From contig CATNEN010000011.1 in NCBI GenBank assembly GCA_950097015.1, forward strand, positions 496,001 through 560,000: a stretch of 64,000 nt of DNA. Direction: 5' to 3'. Position numbers and translations under genes: made by a program. The notes under the pieces were generated by a model, which searched no databases, had not been told where the DNA came from, and saw only the letters and a program-made list of their open reading frames with translations. This DNA comes from Macrostomum hystrix (taxonomy: Eukaryota > Animalia > Platyhelminthes). This document shows, in pieces, positions 52,001 to 62,717 of this stretch (positions within the stretch are counted from its first letter, which is position 1; each line of letters begins with the position of its first letter).

Positions 52001-53761
52001 CAGCGTGGCTTCCAGCCTGCCCGGCGGAACAACTCGACAGCGTTGAGCTTGCAGCAGCTCGGCGTGATCTTCCTCATCAATATGATCCAACGGTACGTCC
52101 GCGTCCGCTGCACCGTAGCGGGCAATCATCAGGCGATGAAAGCGCCGATTGAATTTGTCCGTGTAGACGCACTCCCTGGCCTCGCGATATTTGCTAGACG
52201 GACGCGCGGACACCGACGATGAAGATGTCGAAGGCGACGCCGATTGCTGGACTGATGCCTGCTGTCCCGGCTTGATCTTCGCCGACGAAGTGGCCAGATT
52301 GGAAACTGGAATGGTGAAGTATAGCTGAATAATTGTAGGCTTCTGAGCCTAGAAGACACAATAAGTATGACTGTGTACACAAATCAATAATATGCTTACC
52401 AAACCCGGCAGTCTGTCGAGCATCTCTTAATCTTTCTAACTTTCTAGTTTGAATTCGCATAGCTCTGGCCGCATTGACTGGCCTAGGCTGACACTGTTCG
52501 CACTGGTAGCTTAGTAGAGACTCGGATTCGGCAGCCCTCAGCATCATGCAGTCCACGTGCTGCCAGATACTGAAAAATTGATTTAATTATTGTGGTAAGA
52601 TTTTTTGCGACCATAGTGATATGTAGATACAGTTTGAATAAATAATACTTTAAAGACTCACTGGCAGGCCACGCACTGAACGCAGTTGCCATCGTCGTGA
52701 GAATATTGACAAATGCAACGCACAGCGATTGGGCCAGAGTTAATGGAGCCAGCGCTCTGGCCGGAGCCAACCAATGAGGCAGATGTGGCCGTAGTTGAAA
52801 CTGTTGGTATAGCAGCTCTAGAAGGTATGCTCGCAGCTGCATTGCCTTCTAACAGACGTTGCTTTCGTCTACTGCTAGCAGAAGCATTGAATTGCAATAG
52901 CTGTTGCTGAATATTCGAGCTGGTTATTGAATCGGTGGACTGAGCACCAGTTGCTATGCCATTGTCGCCAATAACAACTTCGGGTGCGGCTACAGGCGGC
53001 AAGGACTGCTGCTGAATTGGCTGCTGCGATGCAATGCCAATAGAAGCTGGAGACAATGTCGATGGCAAATAAGACGGCTGCAGTTTGGACGGACGATTAA
53101 TACTAGCAGCATTCGAAGCGCTAGACATTGAAGCAGCCGACGCTGACGAGGCTTGCAAAACCTTCAATGGCGACGGTGGCCGAATTCTGTGCAACAGCTG
53201 GGGATTAGTCTGCTGCTGCTGCTGCTGCAGATAGCCAGCCGATGGGCTGACTATGCGAGTACCGCTCAGGTTGAACTGAGCAGCTCGAGGGCCGCCAATG
53301 ATGATGGTAGGCTTCGGTGTAGTGGACGCAGCACCGACAACGCTAGACGTTGTTGAAGTATTCGAAGCTGTGGACAAACTAAAAACTCTAGTCTGAGGCG
53401 ACGCCGATAATCCAACAGGGGATTCCTTAGTTAATAGAACTATTCCGCCAGAACCGGCTATGGATCCGCTGGTTGATAGGGACGCGTCGCGACTATTGAC
53501 AACAATAATATTAGTACCTGATGCATTTGTTTTTTCTGATGGGCGACTGGTTGCCAGGGTAGAAGCTGGGATCGTATGCGCCACCTGCTGCTGATACACA
53601 GTGATTGGAACAGCACTGCGCCTCTCCATGACAATGGTCTGACCACTGGCAACCACTTCCTTTATGAGGCCAACCCTGTTGCCACTAATGTTTAAAACTA
53701 CTTGTTGCTGCTGCTGCTGAATAGCTGAGGATTGGCTAATGCCATTGGTTGCTGCCTCCAT
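46074..53761 (-). CDS. KMT2E: PHD-finger + SET-domain protein of the KMT2E/MLL5 (SETD5, UpSET, Set3) family, about 1830 aa. Exons 53761-52662, 52569-52400, 52305-51296, 50375-50274, 50169-50065, 49562-48408, 48307-46594, 46210-46074
   Basis: PHD split by an intron (VRCICQYSHDDGNCVQCVAC|HIWQHVDCM...YQCEQCQPR); SET with IIEYRG, GNDARYARRSCRPNC and EITLPFDFDY; DREERWMQAMLKRIE motif. Exon phases close, 5493 nt in total. Confidence 0.9.
50490..51253. repeat. Compound minisatellite in a KMT2E intron: 26-bp unit (ACTGAATAACTGGTAGATAGCCACCT) followed by a related 30-bp unit
   Basis: About 20 copies of the 26-mer (to about 51030), then about 7 copies of the 30-mer. Confidence 0.95.
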
Positions 53762-55109
53762 GATTTATCTCAGTTGCTTTTGATGAAGAAAATGCTGTTC
53801 GCTTAATTTAGAGTAAAATGATTGATTCACTTATTAATGGAGCCACCAGACTTCTGATAGCAAGCTATTGCGAAAGAAAGCTGAAGGCACATTGACCAAC
53901 TGAAATTTGAACAAAATAATGAAATTGATTTTTTTGTCTTAAAAGATCATGGTGCCAGTCATTTTAAACTAGCAAAATAACTATGTATAATGCTGAATGT
54001 TTATAATTATAGAAAGCTCATAGAAAATTACATAAATCACAAACTTTTCACATATTTTTTACTTAAAACGCCCTTAAACAAACTCTTCACTTTTCATTAA
54101 TGCAGTAAATAAATAAATGGTGACCTTCACTATAAAGTTAATACAGACGTGAATTGCTTACTGCTTTGCTTTAAATTTCTGCCCCAAAAACAACGGGCAA
54201 AAAAAGCTAGTATCTATATAAACCACGAGATCTGTTTCTTACTAGCTGCTAACAGACCATTAAAAAGTTATATGCAGAGCTTAGCACAAAGTCCCTAACC
54301 CTAAGCTTGATTCTGTAAATAAGGCCACATTAATTTCAGGCGCAGCCTAAAGAGAAGCCTTAGGGCCTTATCATATCACCCATACTTGTCTCATGATCAT
54401 TTTGTGTGCATTGAAAACTTGTAACACACATTTAACATTAACATAGGACAATTGGAGGGTAGAATACATAGTGACCAAGGCTTGCAAAAATTTCCTTATC
54501 TCTATGATTTATGGCAGAATGCATGTCCAACCAATGCTAGCAAGCAATCATTGTTTAATTTTTATGTTAATGCTTTGTGCAAACTTTGTATTTAGAAACT
54601 TAAGTTTCAAATTGATGACTCAACAATAATTAGTAGCCTAGTAATTTTCTTTGTTATTTACTTCCTTACTAGGCCCTAAGATATCCCTAGTCTGTCTACA
54701 AGCATTACAATGATCCCTATGCTTTATACAACATGAACTTGAATTAGACAAATAAAACAATAGTTTTAATTGAATAAATTTAAACATTTGTAAGTGCCTA
54801 TCTAGAATACTCACAGTTTGCCCTCAGTATTATGCATACTATATGCATTGGCAACTATAAATCAAGTAAACACTATAGTTTCTATTGATATATGATTATT
54901 TGACCTAACCTTAACTTAATATATGCCAATTGGCTGGATAACAAAGTGTCTTATCTGAAAATTTGATGACATAAGTGTAAGATGATGAAAAAGCAAATGA
55001 CTAAACTGTGTCAAGGAACTATATTATACTTTTAGCAGACAAATATTTAATTCAAGGTGGCAACTAATAGGATTCTAAACAGAATGGACGTAAAAAACAC
55101 CTTACTATA

Positions 55110-55758
55110 GGGTAATGTATCATCAACGATCAACCGAACAGTGTATCTTCAAAACCGAACAAGTATTTTGACTCCTTCCTTAGTTTTGTGCAAGACAGAA
55201 ACAAGCTATTGTATTTCACAGATCAACTATTTTGAATGTCAATGAAATTATTTACAAGCTAAGGCATGACATGCAATGAAGCATTAAAAGGAAAGAAAGA
55301 TATGGATGTTTCAGTAGAAATTTTTATCACAAAAGCATACTTTTTAACAGCATTTTTTCAGCATGTACTTTAGACTAAGATTGTATGTGGTTGCTTTCCA
55401 ATTAAATTACCATAAATGTAGTTATTTATAGAGCATGAAAAATGCTTTCAAATGACATAATTCATGATAGATCACTCCTTAAAATAAGATTAAACCACTC
55501 ACTCAAATTTTGAAACTGAACATCAAATTCTCTGTTTGGTTTGAAGATACATGAAAATCATCGTTTGGTTTTAGATGAAAAACATGAATAACTTTTTTCT
55601 ATTTGACAAAATAGCAAAAGCAGATACTATTTAAAAAAACAAAACAGTTTTCTATAACTTGGCTTTTGATTTATCATGATATCTTAAATAGAAAATCTGT
55701 AGCTTAGGTTTGAAGTTAAAAAAATGCATATTCTTGTTCGGTTGATGATACATTACCC
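55110..55758. mobile_element. Non-autonomous TIR DNA transposon (MITE), copy 1
   Basis: TIR GGGTAATGTATCATCAAC...GTTGATGATACATTACCC flanked by TA on both sides; near-identical to 60042-60684. Confidence 0.88.
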
Positions 55759-57104
55759 TAGTAGGCACCTAGAGAGTCTTCTTACTAAACCTCTTGTGAC
55801 TAGATTTCTTAAGTAGAAGTTAAGACTAGCCAAGGCCCAGAGACTCATTATGTTTACATGACAGAAAATTACAAAGAAATTGCAGTGTCTTTGTGTAACA
55901 GGGTATATTTTGTCTTTACTTGTACAATATTTTGTCACTTTTAATATAATTACGGTATGTTAGGCCTATGTCTCTTAGAAAATTGATAAAAATAAGTAGA
56001 TGTTTTAGTTAGTTTAATTGTTTTAAATTCTTCTCTAACTGAGCATGTCCATCCCAATTTTGTTCTATAAATATGTACGATTTTTCCAACTAAAGGGCTG
56101 CAAGGTGAAAGTTTGCTAAATATAGTGTAAGCTAGTATAAGAAGTTCTTTCATGTAAAACTTAACTATGTTCTATCTCTATGTTAGTATTTCATGACAAA
56201 GCAAAAGGCTGATTGGTTAAAAGAGAATACAAGTTACTTATACAAGTAAAGTAATAGAATAGAGAATCTCATATGTTGTGCTTAAGTGGTAACTTCCAAT
56301 CCATTGGAGCCTTTTGAAAGACTGGTTGTACCCAAAAATATTAAAAAAGTATTTCAAAAAATTAAAGTTAAAGTGTCTTAGCACTTGGGCACTTGCGATT
56401 TGTTATCACAGTAATTAAATATATAGACATACATACATAATAAAGTGTTTTACTCCTATTTAAATTGGGCAAATTAAAATATATAACGGAAGTTGATTAC
56501 TAATAATAAGCCTTTTTGCAGCTTGGATGATATAAGTAATTTACAAAAAAGAAAGAGCCCTACAACATGCGCAAATATAGTATATTAAGTTTTATATTTA
56601 ACTTAAAATATTACTTAAATCATATTAGCTTATGTCTAGTGTAGGCCAAGTAGTTATATTTTTTCTTCAATAAAAGTATCAATAAAAAACTAAAAGGTTG
56701 TTCCCTAAATATTAAATCAAAGGGCTTAACTATTATATAGAAAATTCTATTGCCTTACGGAATGCAAGGCTTCTTAATTTTGTTGTTTACAGTTGCTATA
56801 AGAACGGTGGGCTGAGTGCCAAGCGAATCCGTTTTCTAACTTCTAATAAGTTCTTATGTCATGTCACGGGAACGGAATCTCATTCAGTCATTTTTCCTGC
56901 AAAAATGTAAGATTTTGCACTTTTTCAATAAATGTAGTATAACAAAGTATACTATAGTGTTCTAAAAAACTATGCTAAGAATTGAACGTATACAAAAATT
57001 AAATATCGGCTAAAAAAAGCATTATATAACACGCGCAACATTAGTCGTTGGTCAGATTCTGTAATGCGGCATCACCTTATGAATCATTGGGACTAACGTT
57101 TCAC

Positions 57105-57715
57105 TGCAGCTGGGACAGACGGAGGTCCCCTACTGTCAGGAAGTGAAATTTCTAGGTGTCCACCTTAACGCCAATCTCTGCTTGAATAAACACGCCGACA
57201 ACATGGCGAACACGTGCAGGGCCATTGTCATGTCCCTGTGCCGCATCGCCATGCAAGATCACCAATAAGCTTAGCAGCGTCACTCTCAGGATGCTGTACA
57301 GGGCCTATGGTGAGAGTGCTCTCACCTACGGCGCCCCAATCTTGACTCTGATCTGCGTCACCAACCAGATCAAGCTGCAAAAGATCCAGAACCTTGGTCT
57401 GCGCATCTGCTACGGTGTGTGCCTTCTACCTGCATGAGCACCGAATACCTTCACAAACTGGCCGGCATGCCAATGCTCTCAGGCAGAGTCAAGCAGCTCG
57501 GTATGGCCTGGCTGCTCAAGATGAGAGCAGCTCGCCTGCGCGGCTTCCACATCAAGCCGGAGCTGCCTCGCGCTCCGGGCCGAATTCCCATCCTCAATGT
57601 CCTCAATGGGGCGGGGACAAATCAACAGGCAGAACCCACTCCCAATCCAGGGCTGACCAGTCTCTGAGACCCATGGCCCTGAAAGTAAACTAAAATAAAA
57701 TTTAAATAGCTGCCT
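57105..57715 (+). mobile_element. 5'-truncated non-LTR retrotransposon (LINE) fragment, RT C-terminal region, frameshifted
   Basis: Translation EVKFLGVHLNANL...KHAD...LYRAYGESALTYGAP...KLQKIQNLGLR is typical of CR1/L2/Jockey-like RT thumb regions; ends in an A-rich tract. Confidence 0.8.
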
Positions 57716-58367
57716 GAGCTCAAGAGGGCTGGTGAGCTATGCTCAGCTGCTCTGTTATTCCATATTCTTTACGCTCTTTTCCTACTGACTTAATGTCTTT
57801 TATTGCCTATGAGTACTAATAGCTGTATTGTCACTTTGCTCTTTATTCACGAACTCTAGCTTTTTATATACCAGAGTTTTTAATTCCCAAATAAATGCTT
57901 CGTTTTTAGTTTTGCTTATTTTTTTCTACTTTAAATGTGCAGAATTGCCTAGAAATGTTTTTAAATTTGCATTTCATGTTTCATCTACTTTTATTTTCTA
58001 TATTTCTTTAACAAGTATTCAAATAGCTTTTAATTGCGCTCACAAATATTCCTGCATGCATGCCTTTTAGATTTCCCTTTTTTATTAGATCCCTTCTTTG
58101 TGCGGGATTCCCCCTGTATATTCTCCCTTTTTATCTGATACCAATGCATGCCTAAATATTGCCAAATATTGAATTCTTGTTTTATTGTTTTATTGTTTTA
58201 TTGTTTTTTTTCTATTTTCAATATTCGTAAATTATCCAGATCGAATCGCTTGTAAATTTTTAATTAACTCGGTCAAATATATTTTAAAATTCAACGGTAG
58301 AGTCTCTCGAAACTGATCGCGCGCAGTCCTTTGTTTTAACAACAACGTTTCACTAGCGACTCGCTAT

Positions 58368-58412
58368 CAAGGACCACTAGAAGAAGAACACTTCCTCTTC
58401 TAGTGGTCCTTG
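58368..58412. repeat. 45-bp palindrome made of two copies of the 30542-31177 TIR motif
   Basis: CAAGGACCACTAGAAGA - 11-nt spacer - TCTTCTAGTGGTCCTTG. Confidence 0.8.
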
Positions 58413-60041
58413 CTCGCTATAAACCCCACTTTTTTAAAACTCGTTCGTCACAAATGGAAAAGTACTCTATTAGATCTTGATGTAACTCTTATTCGCCACT
58501 AATTGTTTCAAGCAGCGATGTTACTTATAACTTGGTCGGGTCGTTTAAAAAACCAAATTCGGTTTATAACCGGTTTATGAGCGGTTTATAAGCCCCTATG
58601 TTAAGTGATTTATACGAAATCAATCGCCGTTTTAAAATTCTGGTTGAGCACAACTATATACATGTAAAACGTATTTTTTATCACTTTCTGTTGCAAGATA
58701 AATTATTATACGTGTTGAGTATCACACTCAAGATGCAATAGGCCTACCCACGCAATGAGTATCATTGGGTGCGTTCGAGTAGCCAAACTGAATTAAACTG
58801 GGCCAGTTTAGATTTAGCAGAATAACAAGCAAATATACATTTGACACCACTGCTATCTCTATGCAACGAAATAGTAACATTTTAACTGTCAGTAACTGCC
58901 AGTTTATATATTATATTGCAGTTTAGCTATTTTAAATTTTGTTACATTTAAAACATTTATATTTCTATTTCCATTTAGCACATCTCATTTTCATTTCTAT
59001 CGTCGAATTTGCTGTAGTGTCAAGCGTTTGCCTATTTTGGTTTTGCCTATTAGGCCTACCCTAGGCCTATTCTTCAAGCTTCAATCAAAAGCCTATAGTG
59101 CACTTCTAATTCACTTCATATACAAACAGATAGCTATACACTTTATTCACTACTTTCTCAATACAACGCATTTCCACTTTTCCCAGTCAGAAAACGCAAG
59201 TTTTTTGTTTCCATCTAAATAGTTGTTGTACTACTGTGCAAGTGTTTTAAAATACGTTGGCAATTGTTGCAGATTAAATCAGACCATTTTTATAGCACCT
59301 GTGTTTCAATTGTCATAGCATCAAGCTTTAACTGAAAAGTTTGTAGGTGGTAAGTAGGGCCTATTAATAGTTTGAAGCTATTGCTTTAATCTAATCGAAA
59401 GTTGTAAAAGTTGTATATGTAATAGAATAAGTTGCAACTTTTGCTTCAATCTTATCATTTATTCTCTCCATTACCTTAACTGTTCTATTCTTATTGCCTT
59501 ACCTATTTAAGCTTAAGCTTTCATCTGCATAGTTGGTAGTAGCTAGGGCCTATTACTTCAATTGTCAATTAGACCATTTATCATAGCACTAGGCCTAGTG
59601 TTTCAAACAAAAAACATATTTTATACTTCTACAAATATAAATACTATATATATATAGTATTGTATCACTGTATATTGAATAATCTTTTTTGAGCAAAACT
59701 ATTTAAACTTTATGGATTGCTATGTTGCTATAGCACTTTTGTTGCCATATCTATAGGCCTATTATTACCACATGGGGCACTATAAACACATGCCAAGAGC
59801 AAGCTGCAGCTTGACATTGCCTATTCAGGCCTGCTACACCTCTCCTCATGCACTCAATTCTATTAACTACTGGGCATAGCTGAGCACTAGGTTTGTGCTG
59901 GCCAGGCCCTTCCCAGCCTTCATCTTCACAAGTGCTAGCTACCGCTAGTGGGACATGTTCTGGGCAGAATAGTGCACTCCTGAGCTGCTTCAACACCAGA
60001 GCAACACCAGGCACTGTGGCTCTTGACACCATTAACACTTA

Positions 60042-60684
60042 GGGTAATGTATCATCAACCGAACAGTGTATCTTCAAAACCGAACAAGAATTTTGACTCC
60101 TTCCTTGGTCTTGTGCAAGACAGAAACAAGCTATTGTATTTCACAGAACAACTATTTTAAATGTCAATGAAATTATTTACAAGCTAATGCATGACATGCA
60201 ATGAAGCATTAAAAGGAAAGAAAGATATGGATGTTTCAGTAGAAATTTTTATCACAAAGGCATACTTTTTTACAGCATTTTTTCAGCATGTACTTTAGAC
60301 TAAGATTGTATGTGGTTGCTTTCCAATTAAATTACCATAAATGTAGTTATTTATAGAGCATAAAAAATGCTTTCAAATGACATAATTCATGATAGATCAC
60401 TCCTTAAAATAAGATTAAACCACTCACTCAAATTTTAAAACCAAACATCAAATTCTCTGTTTGGTTTGAAGATACATGAAAATCATAGTTTGGTTTTAGA
60501 TGAAAATGTGAACAACTTTTTTCTATTTGACAAAATTGCAAAAGCAGATACTATTTAGAAAGACATGAAACAGTTTTCTATAACTTGGCTTTTGATTTAT
60601 CATGATATCTTAAATAGATAATCTGTAGCTTAGGTTTGAAGTTTAAAAAATGCATATTCTTGTTCGGTTGATGATACATTACCC
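60042..60684. mobile_element. Non-autonomous TIR DNA transposon (MITE), copy 2
   Basis: Same TIRs and TA flanks as copy 1, same orientation. Confidence 0.88.
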
Positions 60685-61262
60685 TATCTGGAACTTTTGC
60701 ATGCTGATATTTCTCACTCTATACCTGGCATGGTAATCAGAAAGCTCACACTGCATTGCACTGTTTAATGCCTTTACTAGATACCCATGTGGCTATTTTT
60801 GTTATTTTGGCTTTTTTGGTATAAAGTAGATACCCTGACTTTATACAGGTCAAGTTCCGGATTTCATCCGGTAGGAGATAGCAGTCCTGCATTGAAAATT
60901 CTGGACAAAAACGGGGCAAGTGTTTAAAACCCGAAATTTCGCCTCCCCGAAACCATTGGTCGTGATTTTAGATCGTGCTGGATCGCTGTAAGGGCGAGAC
61001 GGATGCGATTCAGATTGTTGTTCATTAATCAAAAAAAGGAAATTGAGCTTCTGCTTAAGAATGCTGTTTGGAGGGATCTCCCATATACTTAATTAGCTAT
61101 GTGATACAGGCTTATTTGAAAGTGTAGACGAGAAGTAGAAGTAAAATATTAAAGACACAGTATCCAGGTGCCATAAACCCCAAAACTATTTCATAGGACG
61201 GCGTCTCCTGCATATGCATTATACTTTTGATCTGATCAGATCTCGAGATAATAGTTCATGGG

Positions 61263-62236
61263 TCACCAATCGATCATGGAAGGGAGAAAATGTCTGCGAC
61301 TGCAGGCTAATTTGACATTGACATTTTTCCGATGAGAACAAAACATTTTTCCGTTGTAGCATAAGAGGGAAAAGCGGGAAATGGTCCATTGGCATTTGTT
61401 GGCCTTTTCAGACCCATTTAAAGGTCGTCTACGTCGCTTGCCCACCTTCATGTGCGAATAGGGCGCCTCGGGCGGAGTGTCAGGCATAGCGATTTTCCAG
61501 AAGTCCATGGTTCACCTTCGGCAAGTTGCAACGGTGTCGGCCGTGCTCCTGCAGTCTCCGTATTTTAGACTCGGGAGATAGGTTGGAGAACCAAGCCTCG
61601 CAGTCAGTGCAAGTGCGCGGCTCCAGCTCCTTCCGTTCCGCACGGCGGCGGACTGTGTGGACGAAGGCGTACGGCGGTTTTTTCCTGTCTGGAAGGCGGT
61701 TAAAAGCCTCCCTCGTGACAAGGGCTGCGGCAGCTAGTGGCGACGATGGGCGACTCGACGCCGCAGGGAGACCTGTAGCGGGCACAGTGCCACGAGGATC
61801 CTCGCCCACATGCTGCGTCGATTGAGCTAGCGGCGACGATGGGTAAGTCCACCCTACAAAAAGCTGCTCAGGGCCTTGGGTCTCAGAGCCCTCCTCGTCG
61901 TCGCTCAGCACGGCCTGACTGTCGGGCAGACGGCCCAAATATCCAGGGCCTTGGGTCTCAGAGCCCTCCTCGTCGTCGCTCAGCACGGCCTGACTGTCGG
62001 GCAGACGGCCCAAATATCCAGGGCCTTGGGTCTCAGAGCCCTCCTCGTCGTCGCTCAGCACGGCCTGACTGTCGGGCAGACGGCCCAAATATTCAGGGCC
62101 TTGGGTCTCAGAGCCCTCGTCGTCGCTGCACTGGGTCAGTTCCGTTAGAAACGACGTGGGCATAAGGTCGTCGAGTAGGTGAGCCTAGTCTATTTGTTGA
62201 TTGGAGGGGCCTCCATAATTGCCGTCCAATGTTGCG
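61263..62236 (-). pseudogene. CtIP/Sae2 (RBBP8) C-terminal-domain ORF, with one TAG (62187-62185) and one frameshift (about 61509)
   Basis: YAFVHTVRRRAERKELEPRTCTDCEAWFSNLSPESKIRRLQEHGRHRCNLPKV.. then, in another frame, MDFWKIAMPDTP. This matches the CtIP signature EVVRKKEERRKL.GHTCKECE.YY...SRHR......TPENFWEVGFPST. Confidence 0.8.
61869..62128 (-). repeat. 75-bp coding tandem repeat, about 3.4 copies (SDDEEGSETQGPGYLGRLPDSQAVL)
   Basis: Unit starts at 61869, 61944, 62019 and 62094. Confidence 0.93.
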
Positions 62237-62717
62237 CTGTAAACTTGTGAAAAGTGTTTCAATGTGTAAGTGAGTGAACCGAATAGTGAAGTGCATTGAT
62301 GCATTCATGAAATAATGACAGAAGTGAATACACTTTCGATCGCTAATTCTCAACATCGAATGTTTTATTTATTTTTTATTTTGTATTTTTCAGTAACGGA
62401 TAAACTCAAGCAGCAGAACAGCAAGTTTATAATAATTAAAAAGAGTAATTAAGATTCAACGTTGGAGAAACATGTACTTTATCACGTTGTCAGCGCTGGG
62501 TAACACGGGTCCTTCATAAAGCGGACACACTGCTCAAATCAAGGCGTCATAAACTCATATGCCCAAACTCTACTAGTACCTAGTCATTGAGTCCTTAAGT
62601 TCAAACTGAAAATTCTGAGTTCAAGCAAGTCGCACTGCCGGCAATGCCAAAAAATCATTATCTCGTACAGTATCGTTATCATCCTCGCACAACCGCACCA
62701 CGGAACCATTGGCAGTT

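Noticed and set aside
52306-52349. Upstream acceptors (52349, 52325) for the SET exon
   Set aside because: With the phase-1 donor they lead to a stop at 52194; only the acceptor before 52305 keeps the SET frame.
46620-53652. Numerous short overlapping or antisense ORFs within the KMT2E-like locus
   Set aside because: Shadows of GC-rich, low-complexity coding exons on the minus strand.
59751-60038. 95-aa ORF next to MITE copy 2
   Set aside because: No recognisable domain; looks like degraded repeat-derived sequence.
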